Source of the DNA: the human T2T-CHM13v2.0 reference genome, Homo sapiens
Assembly: GCF_009914755.1 (NCBI RefSeq)
Contig: NC_060947.1
Length of the DNA: 64,000 nucleotides
Strand: one strand, 5' to 3'
The position numbers were made by a program, and so were the translations under genes. How positions within the stretch are numbered: position 1 is the first letter of the stretch; each line of letters opens with the position of its first letter. Of this stretch, positions 39,601 through 53,000 are shown piece after piece. The notes beneath the pieces were generated by a model, which was given only the letters and a program-made list of their open reading frames with translations, did not search any database and was not told the origin of the DNA.

Positions 39601-42600
39601 AGAATGCTTCCGTTTGCCTTTTATATGAAGTTCCTTCCTATATTACCGTAGGCCTCAAAGCAGTCCAAATCTCCATTTGCAGATTCTACAAAAAGAGTGA
39701 CTCCAATCTGCTCTATCAATAGGATTGTTCAACTCCATGAGTTGAATGCCATCCTCACAAAGTCGTTTCTGAGAATGCTTCTATCTAGTTTTTATGTGAA
39801 GATATTTCCTTTTCCACCACAGGCCTCAAAGCCCTCCAAACGTCCACTTGCAGATTCTCGAAAAAGAGGGTTTCATAGCTGCTCTTTCAAAAGGAAAGTT
39901 CAACTCTGGGAGTTGAATACAAACATCACAAAGTAGTTTCCGAGAATGCTTCTGTTTAGTTCTTATGTGAAGATGATCCCGTTTCCAGTGAAATCTTCAA
40001 AGAGGTCCACATATTCCCTTGCAGATTCCAAAGAAAGAGGGTTTCAAAACTGCTCCATCAAAAGGATTGTTCAACTCTGTGAGTTGAATGCAGTCATCGC
40101 AGAAAACTTTCTGAGAATGCTTCTGTCTAGGTTTGATGTGAAGATATAGACGTTTCAAACGAAGGCTACAAAGTGGTCAAAATATACACTTGCAGATTCT
40201 ACTACAAGGGTGATGCAAACCTGAACTATCAAAGGAAGGTTCAACTCTGTGAGTTGAATACAAACATCACAAAGAATGTTCTGAGTTTGCATCCGTTCAG
40301 TTATGGGCAGTTGATCCCGTTTCCAACGAAATCCTCAGAGAGGTCCAAATATCCCCTTGCAGATTCTACAAAACGTGTGTTTGGAAACTGCTCCATCATA
40401 ACGAATGTTCAGCTCTCTGAGTTAAACTGCATCGTCACAAAGAATTTTCTGAGAGTGCTACCGTCTAGTTTTTATATGAAGTTCTTTCCTTTACTACCAC
40501 CGGCCTCAAAGCGGTCCAAATCTCCACTTGCAGATTCTACAAAAAGAGTGTTTGCAAACTGCTCTATCAAAAGGAATGTTCAACTCTGGGAGTTGAATGC
40601 AATCATCACAGAGCAGTTTCTGAGAATGCTTCTATGTCGTTTTTAGGAGAAGATATTTCCTTTTCCAACACAGTCCTCCAAGCCGGCTAAATATCCACTT
40701 GCACATTGTAGAAAAAGTGTGTCGAAGCTGCGCTATCAAAGGGAAAGTTCAACTCTGTGAGGTGAATGCAAACATCCCAAAGAAGTTTCTGAGAATGCTT
40801 CCGTTTAGCTTTTAGGTGAAGATTATCCCGTTTCCAACGAAATCTTCAAAGAGGTCCAAATATCCCCCTGCGGATCCCACAGAAAGAGTGTTTCGAAACT
40901 GCTGTTTCAAAAGGAATCTTCAACTCTGTGAGTTGAATGCAATCATCACAAAGAAGTTTCTGACAATGCTTCTCTCTCGTCTTTCTGTGAAGATAAAGGA
41001 AAAGGCTTTCAGGCCTTTTCCACCACAGGCCTGAAAGCGCTCCAAATGTCCACTTGCAGATTCTGCCAAAAGAATATTTCAAAACTGCTCTATGAAAAGC
41101 AATGTTAAACTCTGTGGCTCGAACACAAACATCACAAAGCCGTTTCTGAGAATGCTTCAGTTTACTTTTTCTGTGGAAGTATTCCCGTTTCCAAAGAAAT
41201 CTTCAAAGAGGTCCACGCATCCACTTACAGATTCTACAAAAAGACAGTTTCAAAACTGCTCAATCAAAAGGAGGGTTCAACTGTGAGACTTGAATGCAAT
41301 CATCACTCAGAAGTTTCTGAGAACGCTTCTCTTTAGTTTTTACGTGAACATATACCCGTTTCGAACGAAGGCCACCCTGTGGTCCAAATATCCACTTGCA
41401 GATTCTACAGAAAGAGTGTTTCGAACCTGAACTCTCAAAGGCAGGTTCATCTCTGCGAGTTAAATGCATTCATCATGAAGAACTTTCTCAGCGTGTTTGT
41501 GTTTAGTTATGGGAAATTATTCCCGTTTCCAACGAAATCCTCAGAGAGGTCCAAATATCCACCTGCAGATTCTACCAATAGTTTCTTTGGAAACTGCTCC
41601 ATCAAAAGGCATGTTCAGCTCTGTGAGTGAAACTCCATCATCACAAAGAATATTCTGAGAATGCTTCCGTTTGCCTTTTATATGAAGTTCCTTCCTATAC
41701 TACCGTAGGCCTCAAAGCAGTCCAAATCTCCATTTGCAGATTCTACAAAAAGAGTGATTCCAATCTGCTCTATCAATAGGATTGTTCAACTCCATGAGTT
41801 GAATGCCATCCTCACAAAGCCTTTTCTGAGAATGCTTCTATCTAGTTTTCATGTGAAGATATTTCCTTTTCCACCACAGGCCTCAAAGCCCTCCAAACGT
41901 CCACTTGCAGATTCTCGAAAAAGTGTGTTTCATAGCTGCTCTTTCAAAAGGAAAGTTCAACTCTGGGAGTTGAATACAAACATCACAAAGTAGTTTCCGA
42001 GAATGCTTCTGTTTAGTTCTTATGTGAAGATGATCCCGTTTCCAGTGAAATCTTCAAAGAGGTCCACATATCCCCTTGCAGATTCCAAAGAAAGAGGGTT
42101 TCAAAACTGCTCCATCAAAAGGAGTGTTCAACTCTGTGAGTTGAATGCAGTCATCGCAGAAAACTTTCTGAGAATGCTTCTGTCTAGGTTTGATGTGAAG
42201 ATATAGACGTTTCAAACGAAGGCTACTAAGTGGTCAAAATATACACTTGCAGATTCTACTACAAGGGTGATGCAAACCTGAACTATCAAAGGAAGGTTCA
42301 ACTCTGTGAGTTGAATACAAACATCACAAAGAATGTTCTGAGTTTGCTTCCGTTCAGTTATGGGAAGTTGATCCCGTTTCCAACGAAATCCTCAGAGAGG
42401 TCCAAATATCCCCTTGCAGATTCTACAAAACGTGTGTTTGGAAACTGCTCCATCATAACGAATGTTCAGCTCTCTGAGTTAAACTCCATCGTCACAAAGA
42501 ATTTTCTGAGAGTGCTACCGTCTAGTTTTTATATGAAGTTCTTTCCTTTACTACCACAGGCCTCAAAGCGGTCCAAATCTCCACTTGCAGATTCTACAAA

Positions 42601-45600
42601 AAGAGTGTCTGCAAACTGCTCTATCAAAAGGAATGTTCAACTCTGGGAGTTGAATGCAATCATCACAGAGCAGTTTCTTAGAATGCTTCTATGTCGTTTT
42701 TAGGAGAAGATATTTCCTTTTCCAACACAGTCCTCCAAGCCCGCTAAATATCCACTTGCACATTGTAGAAAAAGTGTGTCGAAGCTGCGCTATCAAAGGG
42801 AAAGTTCAACTCTGTGAGGTGAATGCAAACATCCCAAAGAAGTTTCTGAGAATGCTTCCGTTTAGCTTTTAGGTGAAGATTATCCCGTTTCCAACGAAAT
42901 CTTCAAAGAGGTCCAAATATCCCCTTGCGGATCCCACAGAAAGAGTGTTTCGAAACTGCTGTTTCAAAAGGAATCTTCAACTCTGTGAGTTGAATGCAAT
43001 CATCACAAAGAAGTTTCTGACAATGCTTCTCTCTCGTCTTTCTGTGAAGATAAAGGAAAAGGCTTTCAGGCCTTTTCCACCACAGGCCTGAAAGCGCTCC
43101 AAATGTCCACTTGCAGATTCTGCCAAAAGAATATTTCAAAACGGCTCTATGAAAAGCAATGTTAAACTCTGTGGCTCGAACACAAACATCACAAAGCAGT
43201 TTCTGAGAATGCTTCAGTTTAGTTTTTCTGTGGAAATATTCCCGTTTCCAAAGAAATCTTCAAAGAGGTCCACGCATCCACTTACAGATTCTACAAAAAG
43301 ACAGTTTCAAAACTGCTCAATCAAAAGGAGGGTTCAACTGTGTGACTTGAATGCAATCATCACTCAGAAGTTTCTGAGAACGCTTCTCTTTAGTTTTTAC
43401 GTGAACATATACCCGTTTCGAACGAAGGCCAGCCAGTGGTCCAAATATCCACTTGCAGATTCTACAGAAAGAGTGTTTCGAACCTGAACTCTCAAAGGCA
43501 GGTTCATCTCTGTGAGTTAAATGCATTCATCATGAAGAACTTTCTCAGCGTGTTTGTGTTTAGTTATGGGAAATTATTCCCGTTTCCAACGAAATCCTCA
43601 GAGAGCTCCAAATATCCACCTGCAGATTCTACCAAAAGTTTATTTGGAAACTGCTCCATCAAAAGGTATGTTCAGCTCTGTGAGTGAAACTCCATCATCA
43701 CAAAGAATATTCTGAGAATGCTTCCGTTTCCCTTTTATATGAAGTCCCTTCCTATACTACCGTAGGCCTCAAAGCAGTCCAAATCTCCATTTGCAGATTC
43801 TACAAAAAGAGTGATTCCAATCTGCTCTATCAATAGGATTGTTCAACTCCATGAGTTGAATGCCATGCTCACAAAGTCGTTTCTGAGAATGCTTCTATCT
43901 AGTTTTTATGTGAAGATATTTCCTTTTCCACCACAGGCCTCAAAGCCCTCCAAACGTCCACTTGCAGATTCTCGAAAAAGTGTGTTTCATAGCTGCTCTT
44001 TCAAAAGGAAAGTTCAACTCTGGGAGGTGAATACAAACATCACAAAGTAGTTTCCGAGAATGCTTCTGTTTAGTTCTTATGTGAAGATGATCCCGTTTCC
44101 AGTGAAATCTTCAAAGAGGTCCACATATCCCCTTGCAGATTCCAAAGAAAGAGGGTTTCAAAACTGCTCCATCAAAAGGATTGTTCAACTCTGTGAGTTG
44201 AATGCAGTCATCGCAGAAAACTTTCTGAGAATGCTTCTGTCTAGGTTTGATGTGAAGATATAGACGTTTCAAACGAAGGCTACAAAGTGGTCAACATATA
44301 CACTTGCAGATTCTACTACAAGGGTGATGCAAACCTGAACTATCAAAGGAAGGTTCAACTCTGTGAGTTGAATACAAACATCACAAAGAATGTTCTGAGT
44401 TTGCTACCGTTCAGTTATGGGAAGTTGATCCCGTTTCCAACGAAATCCTCAGAGAGGTCCAAATATCCCCTTGCAGATTCTACAAAACGTGTGTTTGGAA
44501 ACTGCTCCATCATAACGAATGTTCAGCTCTCTGAGTTAAACTCCATCGTCACAAAGAATTTTCTGAGAGTGCTACCGTCTAGTTTTTATATGAAGTTCTT
44601 TCCTTTACTACCACAGGCCTCAAGGCGGTCCAAATCTCCACTTGCAGATTCTACAAAAAGAGTGTTTGCAAACTGCTCTATCAAAAGGAATGTTCAACTC
44701 TGGGAGTTGAATGCAATCATCACAGAGCAGTTTCTGAGAATGCTTCTATGTCGTTTTTAGGAGAAGATACTTCCTTTTCCAACACAGTCCTCCAAGCCCG
44801 CTAAATATCCACTTGCACATTGTAGAAAAAGTGTGTCGAAGCTGCGCTATCAAAGGGAAAGTTCAACTCTGTGAGGTGAATGCAAACATCCCAAAGAAGT
44901 TTCTGAGAATGCTTCCGTTTAGCTTTTAGGTGAAGATTATCCCGTTTCCAACGAAATCTTCAAAGAGGTCCAAATATCCCCCTGCGGATCCCACAGAAAG
45001 AGTGTTTCGAAACTGCTGTTTCAAAAGGAATCTTCAACTCTGTGAGTTGAATGCAATCATCACAAAGAAGTTTCTGACAATGCTTCTCTCTCGTCTTTCT
45101 GTGAAGATTAAGGAAAAGGCTTTCAGGCCTTTTCCACCACAGGCCTGAAAGGGCTCCAAATGTCCACTTGCAGATTCTGCCAAAAGAATATTTCAAAACT
45201 GCTCTATGAAAAGCAATGTTAAACTCTGTGGCTCGAACACAAAGATCACAAAGCAGTTTCTGAGAATGCTTCAGTTTAGTTTTTCTGTGGAAATATTCCC
45301 GTTTCCAAAGAAATCTTCAAAGAGGTCCACGCATCCACTTACAGATTCTACAAAAAGACAGTTTCAAAACTGCTCAATCAAAAGGAGGGTTCAACTGTGT
45401 GACTTGAATGCAATCATCACTCAGAAGTTTCTGAGAACGCTTCTCTTTAGTTTTTACGTGAACATATACCCGTTTCGAACGAAGGCCAGCCAGTGGTCCA
45501 AATATCCACTTGCAGATTCTACAGAAAGAGTGTTTCGAACCTGAACTCTCAAAGGCAGGTTCATCTCTGCGAGTTAAATGCATTCATCATGAAGAACTTT

Positions 45601-48600
45601 CTCAGCGTGTTTGTGTTTAGTTATGGGAAATTATTCCCGTTTCCAACGAAATCCTCAGAGAGGTCCAAATATCCACCTGCAGATTCTACCAAAAGTGTAT
45701 TTGGAAACTGCTCCATCAAAAGGCATGTTCAGCTCTGTGAGTGAAACTCCATCATCACAAAGAATATTCTGAGAATGCTTCCGTTTGCCTTTTATATGAA
45801 GTTCCTTCCTATACTACCGTAGGCCTCAAAGCAGTCCAAATCTCCATTTGCAGATTCTACAAAAAGAGTGATTCCAATCTGCTCTATCAATAGGATTGTT
45901 CAACTCCATGAGTTGAATGCCATCCTCACAAAGTCGTTTCTGAGAATGCTTCTATCTAGTTTTTATGTGAAGATATTTCCTTTTCCACCACAGGCCTCAA
46001 AGCCCTCCAAACGTCCACTTGCAGATTCTCGAAAAAGTGTGTTTCATAGCTGCTATTTCAAAAGGAAATTTCAACTCTGGGAGGTGAATACAAACATCAC
46101 AAAGTAGTTTCCGAGAATGCTTCTGTTTAGTTCTTATGTGAAGATGATCCCGTTTCCAGTGAAATCTTCAAAGAGGTCCACATATCACCTTGCAGATTCC
46201 AAAGAAAGAGGGTTTCAAAACTGCTCCATCAAAAGGATTGTTCAACTCTGTGAGTTGAATGCAGTCATCGCAGAAAACTTTCTGAGAATGCTTCTGTCTA
46301 GGTTTGATGTGAAGATATAGACGTTTCAAACGAAGGCTACAAAGTGGTCAACATATACACTTGCAGATTCTACTACAAGGGTGATGCAAACCTGAACTAT
46401 CAAAGGAAGGTTCAACTCTGTGAGTTGAATACAAACATCACAAAGAATGTTCTGAGTTTGCTACCGTTCAGTTATGGGAAGTTGATCCCATTTCCAACGA
46501 AATCCTCAGAGAGGTCCAAATATCCCCTTGCAGATTCTACAAAACGTGTGTTTGGAAACTGCTCCATCATAACGAATGTTCAGCTCTCTGAGTTAAACTC
46601 CATCGTCACAAAGAATTTTCTGAGAATGCTACCGTCTAGTTTTTATATGAAGTTCTTTCCTTTACTACCACAGGCCTCAAAGCGGTCCAAATCTCCACTT
46701 GCAGATTCTACAAAAAGAGTGTTTGCAAACTGCTCTATCAAAAGGAATGTTCAACTCTGGGAGTTGAATGCAATCATCACAGAGCAGTTTCTGAGAATGC
46801 TTCTATGTCGTTTTTAGGAGAAGATACTTCCTTTTCCAACACAGTCCTCCAAGCCCGCTAAATATCCACTTGGACATTGTAGAAAAAGTGTGTCGAAGCT
46901 GCGCTATCAAAGGGAAAGTTCAACTCTGTGAGGTGAATGCAAACATCCCAAAGAAGTTTCTGAGAATGCTTCCGTTTAGCTTTTAGGTGAAGATTATCCC
47001 GTTTCCAACGAAATCTTCAAAGAGGTCCAAATATCCCCTTGCGGATCCCACAGAAAGAGTGTTTCGAAACTGCTGTTTCAAAAGAAATCTTCAACTCTGT
47101 GAGTTGAATGCAATCATCACAAAGAAGTTTCTGACAATGCTTCTCTCTCGTCTTTCTGTGAAGATAAAGGAAAAGGCTTTCAGGCCTTTTCCACCACAGG
47201 CCTGAAAGCGCTCCAAATGTCCACTTGCAGATTCTGCCAAAAGAATATTTCAAAACTGCTCTATGAAAAGCAATGTTAAACTCTGTGGCTCGAACACAAA
47301 CATCACAAAGCAGTTTCTGAGAATGCTTCAGTTTAGTTTTTCTCTGGAAATATTCCCGTTTCCAAAGAAATCTTCAAAGAGGTCCACGCATCCACTTACA
47401 GATTCTACAAAAAGACAGTTTCAAAACTGCTCAATCAAAAGGAGGGTTCAACTGTGTGACTTGAATGCAATCATCACTCAGAAGTTTCTGAGAACGCTTC
47501 TCTTTAGTTTTTACGTGAACATATACCCGTTTCGAACGAAGGCCACACAGTGGTCCAAATATCCACTTGCAGATTCTACAGAAAGAGTGTTTCGAACCTG
47601 AACTCTCAAAGGCAGGTTCATCTCTGCGAGTTAAATACATTCATCATGAAGAACTTTCTCAGCGTGTTTTTGTTTAGTTATGGGAAATTATTCCCGTTCC
47701 CAACGAAATCCTCAGAGAGGTTCAAATATCCACCTGCAGATTCTACCAAAAGTGTATTTGGAAACTGCTCCATCAAAACGCATGTTCAGCTCTGTGTGTG
47801 AAACTCCATCATCACAAAGAATATTCTGAGAATGCTTCCGTTTGCCTTTTATATGAAGTTCCTTCCTATACTACCGTAGGCCTCAAAGCAGTCCAAATCT
47901 CCATTTGCAGATTCTACAAAAAGAGTGATTCCAATCTGCTCTATCAATAGGATTGTTCAACTCCATGAGTTGAATGCCATCCTCACAAAGTCGTTTCTGA
48001 GAATGCTTCTATCTAGTTTTTATGTGAAGATATTTCCTTTTCCACCACAGGCCTCAAAGCCCTCGAAACGTCCACTTGCAGATTCTCGAAAAAGTGTGTT
48101 TCATAGCTGCTCTTTCAAAAGGAAAGTTCAACTCTGGGAGTTGAATACAAACATCACAAAGTAGTTTCCGAGAATGCTTCTGTTTAGTTCTTATGTGAAG
48201 ATGATCCCGTTTCCAGTGAAATCTTCAAAGAGGTCCACATATCCCCTTGCAGATTCCAAAGGAAGAGGGTTTCAAAACTGCTCCATCAAAAGGATTGTTC
48301 AACTCTGTGAGTTGAATGCAGTCATCGCAGAAAACTTTCTGAGAATGCTTCTGTCTAGGTTTGATGTGAAGATATAGACGTTTCAAACGAAGGCTACAAA
48401 GTGGTCAACATATACACTTGCAGATTCTACTACAAGGGTGATGCAAACCTGAACTATCAAAGGAAGGTTCAACTCTGTGAGTTGAATACAAACATCACAA
48501 AGAACGTTCTGAGTTTCCTTCCGTTCAGTTATGGGAAGTTGATCCCGTTTCCAACGAAATCCTCAGAGAGGTCCAAATATCCCCTTGCAGATTCTACAAA

Positions 48601-50000
48601 ACGTGTGTTTGGAAACTGCTCCATCATAACGAATGTTCAGCTCTCTGAGTTAAACTCCATCGTCACAAAGAATTTTCTGAGAGTGCTACCGTCTAGTTTT
48701 TATATGAAGTTCTTTCCTTTACTACCACAGGCCTCAAAGCGGTCCAAATCTCCACTTGCAGATTCTACAAAAAGAGTGTTTGCAAACTGCTCTATCAAAA
48801 GGAATGTTCAACTCTGGGAGTTGAATGCAATCATCACAGAGCAGTTTGTGAGAATGCTTCTATGTCGTTTTTAGGAAAAGATATTTCCTTTTCCAACACA
48901 GTCCTCCAAGCCCGCTAAATATCCACTTGCACATTGTAGAAAAAGTGTGTCGAAGCTGCGCTATCAAAGGGAAAGTTCAACTCTGTGAGGTGAATGCAAA
49001 CATCGCAAAGAAGTTTCTGAGAATGCTTCCGTTTAGCTTTTAGGTGAAGATTATCCCGTTTCCAACGAAATCTTCAAAGAGGTCCAAATATCCCCGTGCG
49101 GATCCCACAGAAAGAGTGTTTCGAAACTGCTGTTTCAAAAGGAATCTTCAACTCTGTGAGTTGAATGCAATCATCACAAAGAAGTTTCTGACAATGCTTC
49201 TCTCTCGTCTTTCTGTGAAGATAAAGGAAAAGGCTTTCAGGCCTTTTCCACCACAGGCCTGAAAGGGCTCCAAATGTCCACTTGCAGATTCTGCCAAAAG
49301 AATATTTCAAAACTGCTCTATGAAAAGCAATGTTAAAATCTGCGGCTCGAACACAAACATCACAAAGCAGTTTGTGAGAATGCTTCAGTATAGTTTTTCT
49401 GTGGAAATATTCCCGTTTCCAAAGAAATCTTCAAAGAGGTCCACGCATCCACTTACAGATTCTACAAAAAGACAGTTTCAAAACTGCTCAATCAAAAGGA
49501 GGGTTCAACTGTGTGACTTGAATGCAATCATCACTCAGAAGTTTCTGAGAATGCTTCTCTTTAGTTTTTACGTGAACATATACCCGTTTCGAACGAAGGC
49601 CAGCCAGTGGTCCAAATATCCACTTGTAGATTCTACAGAAAGAGTGTTTCGAACCTGAACTCTCAAAGGCAGGTTCATCTCTGCGAGTTAAATGCATTCA
49701 TCATGAAGAACTTTCTCAGCGTGTTTGTGTTTAGTTATGGGAAATTATTCCCGTTTCCAACGAAATCCTCAGAGAGGTCCAAATATCCACCTGCAGATTC
49801 TACGAAAAGTGTATTTCGAAACTGCTCCATGAAAAGGCATGTTCAGCTCTGTGAGTGGAACTCCATCATCACAAAGAATATTCTGAGAATGCTTCCGTTT
49901 GCCTTTTATATGAAGTTCCTTCCTATACTACCGTAGGCCTCAAAGCAGTCCAAATCTCCATTTGCAGATTCTACAAAAAGAGTGATTGCAATCTGCTCTA
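36601..50000. repeat. HOR haplotype block 3, more heterogeneous 2,057 bp units with many private SNVs
   Basis: Constant 2,057 bp period. Each unit has unique substitutions. Partially shared markers: ggtgatgca, aaaagtgtgttt, gtcaacata. Confidence 0.7.
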
Positions 50001-53000
50001 TCAATAGGATTGTTCAACTCCATGAGTTGAATGCCATCCTCACAAAGTAGTTTCTGAGAATGCTTCTATGTAGTTTTTATGTGAAGATATTTCCTTTTCC
50101 ACCACAGGCCTCAAAGCCCTCCAAACGTCCACTTGCAGATTCTCGAAAAAGAGTGTTTCATAGCTGCTCTTTCAAAAGGAAAGTTCAACTCTGGGAGTTG
50201 AATACAAACATCACAAAGTAGTTTCCGAGAATGCTTCTGGTTAGTTCTTATGTGAAGATGATCCCGTTTCCAGTGAAATCTTCAAAGAGGTCCACATATC
50301 CCCTTGCAGATTCCAAAGAAAGAGGGTTTCAAAACTGCTCCATCAAAAGGATTGTTCAACTCTGTGAGTTGAATGCAGTCATCGCAGAAAACTTTCTGAG
50401 AATGCTTCTGTCTAGGTTTGAGGTGAAGATATAGACGTTTCAAACGAAGGCTACAAAGTGGTCAACATATACACTTGCAGATTCTACTACAAGGGTGTTG
50501 CAAACCTCAACTATCAAAGGAAGGTTCAACTCTGTGAGATGAATGCAAACATCACAAAGAATGTTCTGAGTTTGCTTCCGTTCAGTTATGGGAAGTTGAT
50601 CCCGTTTCCAACGAAATCCTCAGAGAGGTCCAAATATCCCCTTGCAGATTCTACAAAACGTGTGTTTGGAAACTGCTCCATCATAACGAATGTTCAGCTC
50701 TCTGAGTTAAACTCCATCGTCACAAAGAATTTTCTGAGGGTGCTACCTTCTAGTTTTTATATGAAGTTCTTTCCTTTACTACCACAGGCCTCAAAGTGGT
50801 CCAAATCTCCACTTGCAGATTCTACAAAAAGAGTGTTTGCAAACTGCTCTATCAAAAGGAATGTTCAACTCTGGGAGTTGAATGCAATCATCACAGAGCA
50901 GTTTCTGAGAATGCTTCTATGTCGTTTTTAGGAGAAGATATTTCCTTTTCCAACACAGTCCTCCAAGCCCGCTAAATATCCACTTGCACATTGTAGAAAA
51001 AGTGTGTCGAAGCTGCGCTATCAAAGGGAAAGTTCAACTCTGTGAGGTGAATGCAAACATCCCAAAGAAGTTTCTGAGAATGCTTCCGTTTAGCTTTAAG
51101 TGAAGATTATCCCGTTTCCAACGAAATCTTCAAAGAGGTCCAAATATCCCCTTGCGGATCCCACAGAAAGAGTGTTTCGAAACTGCTGTTTCAAAAGGAA
51201 TCTTCAACTCTGTGAGTTGAATGCAATCATCACAAAGAAGTTTCTGACAATGCTTCTCTCTCGTCTTTCTGTGAAGATAAAGGAAAAGGCTTTCAGGCCA
51301 TTTCCACCACAGGCCTGAAAGCGCTCCAAATGTCCACTTGCAGATTCTGCCAAAAGAATATTTCAAAACTGCTCTATGAAAAGCAATGTTAAACTCTGCG
51401 GCTCGAACACAAACATCACAAAGCAGTTTCTGAGAATGCTTCAGTTTAGTTTTTCTGTGGAAATATTCCCGTTTCCAAAGAAATCTTCAAAGAGGTCCAC
51501 GCATCCACTTACAGATTCTACAAAAAGACAGTTTAAAAACTGCTCAATCAAAAGGAGGGTTCAACTGTGTGACTTGAATGCATTCATCACTCAGAAGTTT
51601 CTGAGAACGCTTCTCTTTAGTTTTTACGTGAACATATACCCGTTTCGAATGAAGGCCAGCCAGTGGTCCAAATATCCACTTGCAGATTCTACAGAAAGAG
51701 TGTTTTGAACCTGAACTCTCAAAGGCAGGTTCATCTCTGCGAGTTAAATGCATTCATCATGAAGAACTTTCTCAGCGTGTTTGTGTTTAGTTATGGGAAA
51801 TTATTCCCGTTTCCAACGAAATCCTCAGAGAGCTCCAAATATCCACCTGCAGATTGTACCAAAAGTGTATTTGGAAACTGCTCCATGAAAAGGCATGTTC
51901 AGCTCTGTGAGTGAAACTCCGTCATCACAAAGAATATTCTGAGAATGCTTCCGTTTGCCTTTTATATGAAGTTCCTTCCTATACTACCGTAGGCCTCAAA
52001 GCAGTCCAAATCTCCATTTGCAGATTCTACAAAAAGAGTGATTCCAATCTGCTCTATCAATAGGATTGTTCAACTCCATGAGTTGAATGCCATCCTCACA
52101 AAGTAGTTTCTGAGAATGCTTCTATGTAGTTTTTATGTGAAGATATTTCCTTTTCCACCACAGGCCTCAAAGCCCTCCAAACGTCCACTTGCAGATTCCC
52201 AAAAAAGAGTGTTTCATAGCTGCTCTTTCAAAAGGAAAGTTCAACTCTGGGAGTTGAATACAAACATCACAAAGTAGTTTCCGAGAATGCTTCTGTTTAG
52301 TTCTTATGTGAAGATGATCCCGTTTCCAGTGAAATCTTCAAAGAGGTCCACATATCCCCTTGCAGATTCCAAAAAAAGAGGGTTTCAAAACTGCTCCATC
52401 AAAAGGATTGTTCAACTCTGTGAGTTGAATGCAGTCATCGCAGAAAACTTTCTGAGAATGCTTCTGTCTAGGTTTGATGTGAAGATATAGACGTTTCAAA
52501 CGAAGGCTACAAAGTGGTCAAAATATACACTTGCAGATTCTACTACAAGGGTGATGCAAACCTCAACTATCAAAGGAAGGTTCAACTCTGTGAGATGAAT
52601 GCAAACATCACAAAGAATGTTCTGAGTTTGCTTCCGTTCAGTTATGGGAAGTTGATCCCGTTTCCAACGAAATCCTCAGAGAGGTCCAAATATCCCCTTG
52701 CAGATTCTACAAAACGTGTGTTTGGAAACTGCTCCATCATAACGAATGTTCAGCTCTCTGAGTTAAACTCCATCGTCACAAAGAATTTTCTGAGAGTGCT
52801 ACCGTCTAGTTTTTATATGAAGTTCTTTCCTTTACTACCACAGGCCTCAAAGCGGTCCAAATCTCCACTTGCAGATTCTACAAAAAGAGTGTTTGCAAAC
52901 TGCTCTATCAAAAGGAATGTTCAACTCTGGGAGTTGAATGCAATCATCACAGAGCAGTTTCTGAGAATGCTTCTATGTCGTTTTTAGGAGAAGATATTTC

